From IMG/VR virus record IMGVR_UViG_3300025066_000007: a DNA stretch of 64,000 nt; one strand, written 5' to 3'. The notes under the pieces were generated by a model. The model worked only from the letters and a program-made list of their open reading frames with translations. It was not told where the DNA came from and searched no databases. The stretch is from a virus (Duplodnaviria > Caudoviricetes). Shown here piece after piece: positions 30,765 to 39,371 of this stretch. The position numbers and the translations under genes are program-made. Position 1 is the stretch's first letter. Every line of letters begins with the position of its first letter.

Positions 30765-30812
30765 TTATAAATTTAAAATTTATAAAAGTTGTCAAACTAA
30801 AATTTAGTTTGA
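30765..30812. repeat. Two adjacent 21-bp palindromes (10-bp arms, 1-nt spacer)
   Basis: ttataaattt-a-aaatttataa (30765-30785) and tcaaactaaa-a-tttagtttga (30792-30812). Confidence 0.8.
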
Positions 30813-30861
30813 AATAAGACCTTGCCATATAACAAGGCCAACCTTCTATAACGTAACTTTT

Positions 30862-32847
30862 TTACAGGACAAACGGAAACGTGTAGACCAGATCCGTCTT
30901 ATCTAATCTCTTTAAGGCCAAGCGCTGCCTTGTATAATGTCTGAAAAACAGCTTATCTTTAGTTGTATTTAAAACTTCATAAACAAATTCAACGTCATTG
31001 TTAAAGTCAAATCTAACTACAAGATCTCGATCTTTTATAGCCGGACTAGGAAGAGTCCAGCAGCTGGGCTCATACATTTGCTCCAGATGACTTTGAGCTC
31101 CAAGCTTCAGGTCTTCTTGGGTATCTCCGAATTGAATCATGACTCGACCATCCGACCTTCTTCTATAGTCATATTGCTGATAGCCTCCATCATATCCCGT
31201 ACCATAACAAAGCTTGCACCCCTTAACCTTAGGGTGCATTCTTCTGGGGTCTGAACAGCTGCATGTTTCTCCGTCCCAAATTCTTTTTAGAAGAATTGTT
31301 GGTTCGCCAACTTGATCAAGCAGAACCTCTTCTCTATTCAGCATTCTGTCGAATAAATTCATTCCTCTAAATCCGTTAAATTCTCCTCCTAAATAACTTC
31401 CACAATCATTCGTTCCTTGCAAAATCTGTTGAGGTATAGCCTTGTGATATCCGCAGAAGTCAAATCCTTGGAAAAACTTTCTGTCATTATCAGAATAATC
31501 AGTTACAACAAGGCCTGTTCCGTTAATTTCACGTCCACTAGAATATCCATCGACGTAGGTTGGCGTTCCCATGACTATTGAGGTATTCTTATCTTGGCAT
31601 GCAAAAAACATTTTTACAGAATCACCTTCAATGAAAATCCCCTTGCTTGTGCCGTTTAGCCCTCTGCCGTTCGTCGGGAGAAGAAAAGAGGTGTCGGTCT
31701 TGCCGGTATATCTTATAACTTCAGAGTCGTCTAATATTAAAATTCCAGCGGATGGATATCCCTCTGTGGAACTTACATTAATAATCGTATCGCTAGACAA
31801 AACCTGAGAGGCGATCGTGATATCTGCGGGAATCTCATAAACTCCTGCAGATTTCTCTGTCATTCCGCTTAACTGGAGATTTCCGCTAAAAGCCTCAAGA
31901 GCTCTTACTGCGTAAGAAAGGGTTAGCCCTGGGGTCAGGCCAGATACGTCGTAATGAGTTACGGTGTCGTCGGCAATATATTTAGGAGTAGAGTCAAAGA
32001 TATCTAGTCTAGATTCGTCTTCATATATTAGAGCAAAAGAGTCACCCTTATAAGACCTTGAAACAGTTTTATTCCAGCTTACACGCAACATGTCTCCTCT
32101 GCCCATATTCGTAAGCTTTTTAATGCCTTGGGCATAGCCAAGAAATTTTACCTGAGGAAAAACTGAGGGAAGAACAACCGCAGGGAGATCTACAGAATAA
32201 GAAAAGCTACCACTTAATACATTCCCGCTTAAGTCTGCTGCATCATACTTTACGGTATACGCTCCATTGCGAAAAGGTTCCGTAGGCTCTATCCTTGCTG
32301 ATGCTCTATCTTCTGTCTTTGTTATAACAGAGGAATTGCCTGCGTATAGCGTCTGAAAAACTCCTCCCAATACGGCAGGAGAGTTATTGATATATATATT
32401 TATAGAATCTTCATCGATATCATCGATTTCATCTTTGAACTGCAGAAAAAGCACCTGATCTGATTGAACAAGGTCTCCAGAAGTCGGAGAGCTTATTTCA
32501 AGTTCTGGCTCAGACGGAATTGTCTTAAAAGCATATTCGAAATTATAAAATTTATCTTCTAAATTCTGGATTTGAACTTTTACAAAAACAACCTGTCCTT
32601 CGCCAAAGTCATTTATAGAATCTATAACAAGATGTGCTCCAGATGCATCACTGGTTATCTCGGAAAAGATTCCATCAAAGGGGTCCGTGAAATCTAGGCC
32701 TTGAAAGGCCCTACTCCCGCTTATTTCAACAACCAATGATGATAGATTTAGTCCGGTTCCATCATCTAAAATGCTAAACTCAATCAAAGAGTTTAAAGAG
32801 ATGGAGTTGTCGCCTTCATTGGGCGATTTTCCAGATAAAGTTAACAT
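30862..32847 (-). CDS. Head-closure/neck protein fused to Ig-like and FN3-like domains
   Basis: N-terminal Ig-like repeats ('SPNEGDNSISLNSLIEF', 'SPTSGDLVQSDQVLFLQF') and an FN3-like segment ('LRVSW...VSGLTPGLTLSYAVRA'). The C-terminus has 'LLKRIWDGETCSCSD...CKLCYGTGYDGGY...IKDRDLVVR', a head-stopper-like pattern. Confidence 0.55.
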   Translation of the reverse strand: MLTLSGKSPNEGDNSISLNSLIEFSILDDGTGLNLSSLVVEISGSRAFQGLDFTDPFDGIFSEITSDASGAHLVIDSINDFGEGQVVFVKVQIQNLEDKFYNFEYAFKTIPSEPELEISSPTSGDLVQSDQVLFLQFKDEIDDIDEDSINIYINNSPAVLGGVFQTLYAGNSSVITKTEDRASARIEPTEPFRNGAYTVKYDAADLSGNVLSGSFSYSVDLPAVVLPSVFPQVKFLGYAQGIKKLTNMGRGDMLRVSWNKTVSRSYKGDSFALIYEDESRLDIFDSTPKYIADDTVTHYDVSGLTPGLTLSYAVRALEAFSGNLQLSGMTEKSAGVYEIPADITIASQVLSSDTIINVSSTEGYPSAGILILDDSEVIRYTGKTDTSFLLPTNGRGLNGTSKGIFIEGDSVKMFFACQDKNTSIVMGTPTYVDGYSSGREINGTGLVVTDYSDNDRKFFQGFDFCGYHKAIPQQILQGTNDCGSYLGGEFNGFRGMNLFDRMLNREEVLLDQVGEPTILLKRIWDGETCSCSDPRRMHPKVKGCKLCYGTGYDGGYQQYDYRRRSDGRVMIQFGDTQEDLKLGAQSHLEQMYEPSCWTLPSPAIKDRDLVVRFDFNNDVEFVYEVLNTTKDKLFFRHYTRQRLALKRLDKTDLVYTFPFVL

Positions 32848-32890
32848 AAGTGCCTCTTAGATATCGAGGCCTATTAGTAGAGGAGTTCTG

Positions 32891-33412
32891 TTAAACAGCC
32901 TCTTCTAAAAGTTCCTCGCGCTTGTCTTTTTTATCCTCGCCAGGAACATTATGGTGGTCAAGAAGGTCATCAACATATTCTTCTGCATCTTCTTTTCCAA
33001 GCTCTTTTGAGTGATATTTTATTTGCTTTTGAAATGCAGCTACTTCATCTGGTTCATCAAGATAATTATGTGCTTCGTCGCTTTTAGGCTTACCAAAATC
33101 TTTTATGTGCTGGATCGCATGAACTAACTCATGAATAACATATCTCATTCTAATCTCTGGAGGCTTATCTAGAAGCTTTGTGCTCAAGCTAATGCTCCCA
33201 TCTGTAGTTTTTGCAGCAACCTCTAAGTCCTCAAAGAGAATCGGAACAGAAACAAGAAGCCATTCGTCTACGCCTTCTTCTCTGCAAATTTCTTTAGCAA
33301 CTTCATCATTCATCATGGTGGTCCTGATGTCTGCTAGAAGCCTCATCTGCTTCATCAGCTTATTTTCTGATTTCTTTTTTGCAAAAATAGTAAACATGTT
33401 ATTCTTTCTCAA
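32891..33412 (-). CDS. HExxH zinc-metallopeptidase-like protein
   Basis: 'YVIHELVHAIQH...YLDEPDEVAAF'. Confidence 0.6.
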   Translation of the reverse strand: MRKNNMFTIFAKKKSENKLMKQMRLLADIRTTMMNDEVAKEICREEGVDEWLLVSVPILFEDLEVAAKTTDGSISLSTKLLDKPPEIRMRYVIHELVHAIQHIKDFGKPKSDEAHNYLDEPDEVAAFQKQIKYHSKELGKEDAEEYVDDLLDHHNVPGEDKKDKREELLEEAV

Positions 33413-33608
33413 AGAACTCCTGCAAACTTTCTGACTCAGTATCTATGGCCAAGCGAGCAAGAAAAGAGGTTTGTTTGAGTGCTGAGATCCGTTCTTCAGC
33501 TCTCTTTATCAGGTTCTCAAGGCCCAATATTTCGAAGTCAATTTCAACAGGGCTCGTTGGCCTAGAGAATCCGCAATACTTTATTTCGCAATTTTCTGGT
33601 TCACGCAT
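33399..33608 (-). CDS. Hypothetical protein
   Basis: 69 aa with SD GGAGG, overlapping the next gene. Confidence 0.6.
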   Translation of the reverse strand: MREPENCEIKYCGFSRPTSPVEIDFEILGLENLIKRAEERISALKQTSFLARLAIDTESESLQEFFEKE

Positions 33609-33694
33609 TATGCCTCCCTGAAAGAAATATTACTCAATATTTGTAGGCCTATTTTTATATATTAATATTAATAGCATATCGTAGGTACCGTCTA

Positions 33695-34372
33695 ATGCTA
33701 AAAATTTCTAAAAATATAGAAACGCCAGAAGAGCTATATCACTGGCTCAGCAAAAACAGAGAAGGTTTGATTAGAAGCATAAAAAATAAATATTTCTCTG
33801 CTAGAGCAGGTCATTATAGTCCAATATATATTAGGGATAAGATCAAACTCACTCGACCATATGACAAAAAAGAGGTTGAGGTCCAAGTAAATGTTGTGTC
33901 AAAAGAAACTTTTATCGCAAAAGGATGGGACGAAAACTACTATGCATATGCGGATACCAGCTCAAACACAATTTGGCTAAATACAGACATCTTATTTAAA
34001 TATACAAAGTCGGAACGAGGATGGAAATTCATTCAGCATGCCATGGTTCATGAGATAACACATATTATTGATCCAAAGCTATATGACCCAGACCTCGACC
34101 AAAGGGATGATCTCCCATATTTCAAGCGCCCTTATGAATTTGATGCCTATTCTGCTGGCTTCTCTGACATTATGCGAAACAAATATGAGCCTGAATATAT
34201 CTTAAAAATGCTCAAAGATACAGAGGTGTGGAATAAGCATCCAAATAAGCCTAAAGCCCTCAAAGAGTGGTCGCCAAAGCAATTAAGGCTTTTTAAGATT
34301 AGACTATATCATGATGTAATAAAAGATATGGAGGAGGAGAGAGAGGATCTGGAGGGCCTAGAGTCCCTTTGA
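33695..34372 (+). CDS. HExxH zinc-metallopeptidase-like protein, the only convincing plus-strand gene
   Basis: 225 aa with 'AMVHEITHIIDP...KRPYEFDAY'. It fills a gap in minus-strand coding and is divergent from 33399..33608. Confidence 0.7.
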   Translation: MLKISKNIETPEELYHWLSKNREGLIRSIKNKYFSARAGHYSPIYIRDKIKLTRPYDKKEVEVQVNVVSKETFIAKGWDENYYAYADTSSNTIWLNTDILFKYTKSERGWKFIQHAMVHEITHIIDPKLYDPDLDQRDDLPYFKRPYEFDAYSAGFSDIMRNKYEPEYILKMLKDTEVWNKHPNKPKALKEWSPKQLRLFKIRLYHDVIKDMEEEREDLEGLESL

Positions 34373-35665
34373 ATGATATAACTTCGATATTGCCAAAGAC
34401 TCTTTCTTTAATCCATTAGACAAGGCCCAGCTCTCCAAAGTCTTGAGCTTTTCGGACAGTCCGCTTTTTGCTTTATTTAGGAAGGCCGGAGCAACTCCTA
34501 ATTCATCATATAAGTCTTTTCTTTTGAATCTATCACTCGGAAAGATTCCTCCCAAAAAGTCCTCAAAAACAAGCTCTGATGGATTTTCTTTGTCAGAAAA
34601 ATTTAATTTATTTTCAATATATTTCTGATTTTCTCTTAAGCTTTTTTCTATGAGCTTAGCGTCTGCTTCCGAAAGAAAGATCGCGCCATTTGTGTAATAA
34701 ATTTCATCGTTTATCTTTACTATAAAATATTCATCGAACAAACTATCCACTGGAATCTTTAAGATATCAGGCTTAAGATCTTTCAGATCATACTTGAGCT
34801 TTAATAGCTTAGATTTAGGAGAGCCTCGGTCTTCATAGTTAACTCCCAGATCTTCAATCAGGTCTATAATATATTTGTGATAGTCCGCCTTTGCAGGAGA
34901 GCTCCCAGCTCCTTCAATGCTGGAAATTCTCTTTTCATTTGGATGATATGTCGCGACTATATGTGGGTTCTGGTTCTTGTCGAGCAGAATTAGCATCGTT
35001 CTGTCTTCGTCTATGCCCATAGCGCCAACTGAGCCACAGTTTTTCATTTTTTGGCCAAGAATATCACACTTCTTTCCAGAGTCAATCCAGCGATAACCAT
35101 TTACATATTGCTTAATGGTCGGCATCTCTAAAGAGATTTTTTTATCTGCATAAATCTCTGCAGCTTCTTTGTAAGAAAGCTTCTTATATTGATTTAAATT
35201 ATTTACTTCTCCAGATACGATATCTCTAATCAAATCTCTATCAAAGAAAATGTCTTTCAAGAAGATCTCTTTGATTTCTTTCTTTATAAGTGGAATGTGC
35301 TCCTCTAGGTCTATCCTTCTTGTTTCTTGCGAATAGGGATCATAACTTTCGATTCCACTATAGCCATTCTCCTTAGACCACTTATCATATGCGTCTTCTC
35401 CCTTGAGAGCGGCATCTAGCATCTGCAGTAAATTAGCAAGCAACCCTTCTCCCCTGAGTCTTCCAACGTTTCTAATCCAGTCCATCGGGATCTTATTTAC
35501 TCCCCACAAATGATATTCATTCATCCATTTTGCAATTATAAATGCATTTTTTCCAAATCTTTCAATAAATACTTTCGCAATAACCTCTGGATATCCGAGG
35601 TTTACAATTTGCTGAGCAGAAGCCGCAAACTTATTAAGCGCTAATAGCTTATTGAAACGATTCAT
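34358..35665 (-). CDS. Hypothetical protein with C-terminal shared tag
   Basis: 435 aa. It contains 'CDILGQKMKNCG' and ends 'KLKTLESWALSNGLKKESLAISKL'. Confidence 0.8.
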   Translation of the reverse strand: MNRFNKLLALNKFAASAQQIVNLGYPEVIAKVFIERFGKNAFIIAKWMNEYHLWGVNKIPMDWIRNVGRLRGEGLLANLLQMLDAALKGEDAYDKWSKENGYSGIESYDPYSQETRRIDLEEHIPLIKKEIKEIFLKDIFFDRDLIRDIVSGEVNNLNQYKKLSYKEAAEIYADKKISLEMPTIKQYVNGYRWIDSGKKCDILGQKMKNCGSVGAMGIDEDRTMLILLDKNQNPHIVATYHPNEKRISSIEGAGSSPAKADYHKYIIDLIEDLGVNYEDRGSPKSKLLKLKYDLKDLKPDILKIPVDSLFDEYFIVKINDEIYYTNGAIFLSEADAKLIEKSLRENQKYIENKLNFSDKENPSELVFEDFLGGIFPSDRFKRKDLYDELGVAPAFLNKAKSGLSEKLKTLESWALSNGLKKESLAISKLYHSKGL

Positions 35666-36450
35666 TCTAGAATATCCCCATATCCCTTAAGCCATTCTCT
35701 CCCACTTTCTATGTCCTGCACTTGATTGTCAGAGATCTTTAACCAAATATATTTTTCACCAGCATTTATCGCAGCAAAAGCTCTATGATTTCCGTCTCTA
35801 ATTTGGAATATAAACTCACCAAAGTCTCCGGATCTATTCTCTTCCGCCTCTGTTAACTGAAGCTCCATATCTTTCTTGAGCTCATCATATGATTCTTCAA
35901 CAATGTTGTAATTATCATCATAATCAGAGTTATTACTCAACCACTCTTTTTTATCCGCAAGGTACTGGTCAAGCTCTTCATCGCCAGTTGTAAGCGGAGC
36001 ATGGCCATAATCTTCTTGATATTTTATTGACTCTTCAATTTCGGAAACCCCAACCTTTGACATCTCGCCATAGGGAGCGTAAAGGATTACTTTTTCTGGA
36101 GATGAATTAATCTTATCAGTTAATTGAGAAATCTTTTCGTCATAGAAGACATTCCCTTGGATCGGATAAACGTAATGGGAGTCCGCTCTTACCATTTTGC
36201 CGGTAGTGCCTATCCAGATTACATTGCGTCCATGATAAAGGTTGTCCTCTTCTTTTTCTCTGGAGACTAATTCATCTTCTAGATCTGGGTAAAATTCGTC
36301 ATAAGATTCTGCGCCATAACTCGGCTGCTCCCATAGGGGGCCTTCATTGCGCGGCATAGAATATTTGAAAACTTGCCTTGCCTCTTTCCTCAGGCCGCTA
36401 GAAGCTAGCCAACCTGACAATGCGACAAGCTTCTTTAATCTTCTGTTCAT
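35662..36450 (-). CDS. ParB/Srx-like domain protein with N-terminal shared tag
   Basis: C-terminal 'FQIRDGNHRAFAA' is the DGxHR motif of the ParB/sulfiredoxin fold. The N-terminus reads 'KLVALSGWLASSGLRKEARQV'. Confidence 0.6.
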   Translation of the reverse strand: MNRRLKKLVALSGWLASSGLRKEARQVFKYSMPRNEGPLWEQPSYGAESYDEFYPDLEDELVSREKEEDNLYHGRNVIWIGTTGKMVRADSHYVYPIQGNVFYDEKISQLTDKINSSPEKVILYAPYGEMSKVGVSEIEESIKYQEDYGHAPLTTGDEELDQYLADKKEWLSNNSDYDDNYNIVEESYDELKKDMELQLTEAEENRSGDFGEFIFQIRDGNHRAFAAINAGEKYIWLKISDNQVQDIESGREWLKGYGDILE

Positions 36451-36621
36451 TACAAAAGATTATGGAAAATTAGTAGCTACAGGGGAATGTTAACGCTATT
36501 AAGGCGCTGAACTATGGACAGCGTACAGGGCAAGAATATTACAGGAGATATCAACGCACATTTAACGTAGGCATCTAGTGATTTACTAGTAATTGGGGGA
36601 TTTAATGTTCGCTCCAGAATA

Positions 36622-38208
36622 TTAACAGAGTAATGCGGACAGCTCTTTTGCCTCTTTTCTGAAGCCGTTGGTGCGGAGCCACGCTTCAAGAGGTTGGAGT
36701 TTGTTTTCTTCGGGAGCTTTGTTCTTTGGGTTAAGATGTGCGTATTCAGGAATATTATGTAGGCCGTAATAAAAGAACTCTTCAGGATCTTTCTCTGCCC
36801 AATACTTTGCGGTAGGTATTCCAAACTCTACGTATTCACGAAGCTTATGTAGGCCATAAGAAAAGAAGCGTTTAGGCTTTTTCTCTACCAAATTCTTTGC
36901 GGCAGGTATTCCAAACTCTGCGTATTCAGGAATCTCATGTAGGTCGTAATGAAAGAAGCATATAGGATCTTTCTCTGCGCAATTCTTTGCGGCAGGTATT
37001 TTAAACTCTGCGTATTCAGGAGTCTTGTGCAGGCCATAACCAAAGAACTCTTCAGGACTTTTCTCTGCCAAATTCTTTGCGGCAACCTTTTTCGTATCCG
37101 CTCTTGCCGCATTATTTTGCGTAAATTGCAGCAAAATGCTTGCTATCTGAGAATCATCATTGATTGCTGCAATCTGGAGTTCCAATTCCTCCGGAGTTGT
37201 TTCTGCTATTATTTTATTGAATTTCGTATCTTCTCTTCTGCCTATATCCGCATAGATAGCCGAAATTATCGAATCCGCTTCGGATCCCAAATATTCTTGA
37301 ATTTGGTTCAAGCTTAAATCACGATTATCTGTATTGACTGTAGCATTTTGATTCGTTAAAAGCTGCGGCTTTCCATCTCTTTTGGTAAATCCAATAGATA
37401 TTTTTCTCATCGGATTTGATTTCTCAAAAAATTCCGAATCTTGCTTTGTTATTACGTAATAAAGGTAAATATTTTTTGAAGCATAATTTGCAAACTTATT
37501 TCCTTTAAGATAAGAAGTACACCAAGTGGTTCCCCTGGCCCAATACTGAGAGGATTGAGTGGTTCCACTCAAAACTGTGATGAAGTCATCCGATTGATAA
37601 ATGTAATCCGTATATTTCGGATCCAGAGCGTGTTTTTCTATTTTTGAATAATAATATTCTTTATTTGAAGCAAGTTTTTCATCAAAATAGCTTCTTAATT
37701 CGGAGAGAAGATTAAAGGATTCCAATGGCTTCTCAAGCTGCTCCGGATTTCTTTGGTAAAATAAAACGCTTTTTATGATTTCTTCTATCGGATCCGCTTC
37801 TTCATTAAAAAGCATCTTGAAAATCCAGGGATAATATCTCGGATTAACTTCAGACTTCTTTAATGTCTCCAATCCCTTGACATGCTCCGGATCTTTTAGC
37901 TGTGGATGAGTTGCATTTGCCTTGTCAATTTCCAAGTCCTTCGGACTCTTCGATACACCTCCGCTGCGAATTGCAGCAATGATCTCTTCCTTTGGCTTGC
38001 CTTTGAATTGATTTATGCTTTGAAGATATTCCTCATTGGATCCGAAGTTGCTTCGAAATGCTGAATAATATTGATCCGAAAAAGAAAACATCATATTTGC
38101 ATTTTCGACAGGAAATAATTCAGAGAACTTATCTCTGCTTTCTTGCTTTTCAACGCTTACTGCCGCTTCCTTGAGTAAATCCTTAATTCTACTTGCTCTT
38201 GATAACAT
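36622..38208 (-). CDS. Hypothetical phage protein (GTxWCT motif) with four C-terminal 30-aa repeats and shared tag
   Basis: 528 aa with 'SQYWARGTTWCTS'. Repeats span 36730-37083. It ends 'KLQPLEAWLRTNGFRKEAKELSALLC'. Confidence 0.75.
   Translation of the reverse strand: MLSRASRIKDLLKEAAVSVEKQESRDKFSELFPVENANMMFSFSDQYYSAFRSNFGSNEEYLQSINQFKGKPKEEIIAAIRSGGVSKSPKDLEIDKANATHPQLKDPEHVKGLETLKKSEVNPRYYPWIFKMLFNEEADPIEEIIKSVLFYQRNPEQLEKPLESFNLLSELRSYFDEKLASNKEYYYSKIEKHALDPKYTDYIYQSDDFITVLSGTTQSSQYWARGTTWCTSYLKGNKFANYASKNIYLYYVITKQDSEFFEKSNPMRKISIGFTKRDGKPQLLTNQNATVNTDNRDLSLNQIQEYLGSEADSIISAIYADIGRREDTKFNKIIAETTPEELELQIAAINDDSQIASILLQFTQNNAARADTKKVAAKNLAEKSPEEFFGYGLHKTPEYAEFKIPAAKNCAEKDPICFFHYDLHEIPEYAEFGIPAAKNLVEKKPKRFFSYGLHKLREYVEFGIPTAKYWAEKDPEEFFYYGLHNIPEYAHLNPKNKAPEENKLQPLEAWLRTNGFRKEAKELSALLC
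36730..37083 (-). repeat. Four tandem 90-bp (30-aa) coding repeats
   Basis: Units start at 37083, 36993, 36903 and 36813. Consensus AAKNxAEKxPxxFFxYGLHxxPEYAEFGIP; the last unit is truncated. Confidence 0.92.
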
Positions 38209-38223
38209 ATTAATTCCTGTTAT

Positions 38224-38364
38224 TATTCAGAATAATAATAGGATTCGCCATTAATCCAGGGGGATATTGTGCCTTTTCATATAACGCTTAAAAGTGGTTG
38301 CTCCGACTCCCAGGGATCGTGCAGCGCCCTTAACCGTTCCGATTTTGTTATAGGTCTCAGCAAT
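38224..38364 (-). pseudogene. Cryptic Fis-like helix-turn-helix fragment lacking a canonical start
   Basis: Frame reads IAETYNKIGTVKGAARSLGVGATTFKRYMKRHNIPWINGESYYYSE*. An in-frame TAA at 38373-38371 lies just upstream. Confidence 0.4.
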
Positions 38365-38462
38365 GTTTTTTTAGATAAAAGCGTCTTGAATCTTTCGGCT
38401 TTTGAGCCGGTTGATTCTTTGATCCTTATATTAGTAGAGAAAAGCAAGTGCAGCGGCTACTA

Positions 38463-39371
38463 TTAAATGATACGCCTACTACGAAGATGCTTTAGGCGTT
38501 GTGCAGCGGGCACTCCGCTGCTCATATTGGAGTATGTTCCGTATCCAGTGGGGCCTGGACGAATAGAGTTTTTAATAAACTTAAGCCTCTCTCGATAAGA
38601 GGTCATAAAGTTCTGGTAATGAGTTGCCAGAAAGTCTCCCAGGGCAGGGGGCTGGTAGGAAATCCCTCCATCACTGATTGTAAAGTCTCGACCCTTCTCG
38701 ACCAAAGCCTGAGAGGATAGCGCCAAAATTAAGGCACCTTCAACTATCGCATGAGAGAAGGTTTTGTAGATAATTTGCTCCCCAAAGCTGAACGACGTAA
38801 AGAACGGAACCATATTGAATTCAGATAGAGAAGAGGATAGGAAGCAGGCGAGGATTTCGTCTGTGAAAACATTGCAATCCTCCATTACCATTTCTCCATA
38901 CCCATCTAAGATAAAGGCTCCATATTGATCTCTTGAAGGCTTCTGCCCATCTGATTGGAGTCTAGCCTTCAGTAGCTTAAGAAGTATATTTAATCCGGTA
39001 AGCTCTGCCTGAGTGAAATCAAAGTCTACTTCATCGCCAAGTCTCGCAGCGCCTGCAACTGCAGATGCTTCGTCTGTTACTAGAAATTTAAATTCATTAG
39101 AAAGGGTGACTCCATCTACTACGCCTGTCCACGTATCTGTCCAGAGACCTTTTTCGATAGAAGCGCCTACTGCATATGAATAGGTATAGAGGCCAACCGC
39201 CTCTCTGACAACTCCAGTTGATGTAGAGGCAACTACAATTGCTCCGTCTGGATCCGTTAGCTCAATCTGTGGAATGCTGCCAGCGTCAGCTTCCAAGCCA
39301 TCTGGGCCATAGTACTGAATACTTAGTTCTAGGGTTTCACCTCGTATGGCTTTGTTTCTATTATTGGGCAT
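38463..39371 (-). CDS. Putative head-tail adaptor (neck) protein with N-terminal Ig-like domain
   Basis: 302 aa. Ig-like N-terminus ('VREAVGLYTYSY...GLWTDTW'), then 'VFTDEILACFLSSSLSEFNMVP...IVEGALILALSSQALVE'. Confidence 0.55.
   Translation of the reverse strand: MPNNRNKAIRGETLELSIQYYGPDGLEADAGSIPQIELTDPDGAIVVASTSTGVVREAVGLYTYSYAVGASIEKGLWTDTWTGVVDGVTLSNEFKFLVTDEASAVAGAARLGDEVDFDFTQAELTGLNILLKLLKARLQSDGQKPSRDQYGAFILDGYGEMVMEDCNVFTDEILACFLSSSLSEFNMVPFFTSFSFGEQIIYKTFSHAIVEGALILALSSQALVEKGRDFTISDGGISYQPPALGDFLATHYQNFMTSYRERLKFIKNSIRPGPTGYGTYSNMSSGVPAAQRLKHLRSRRII

Noticed and set aside
36477-36578. Plus-strand peptide LQGNVNAIKALNYGQRTGQEYYRRYQRTFNVGI in the intergenic gap
   Set aside because: It looks protein-like but is bounded by stops, has no start codon, and I recognise no family. 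It may be a gene remnant but cannot be supported.
36730-37083. Possible DGR template/variable repeat pair or CRISPR array
   Set aside because: The repeats are in-frame coding tandem units, the mismatches are not adenine-specific, there are no unique spacers, and no reverse transcriptase or cas gene is in the window.
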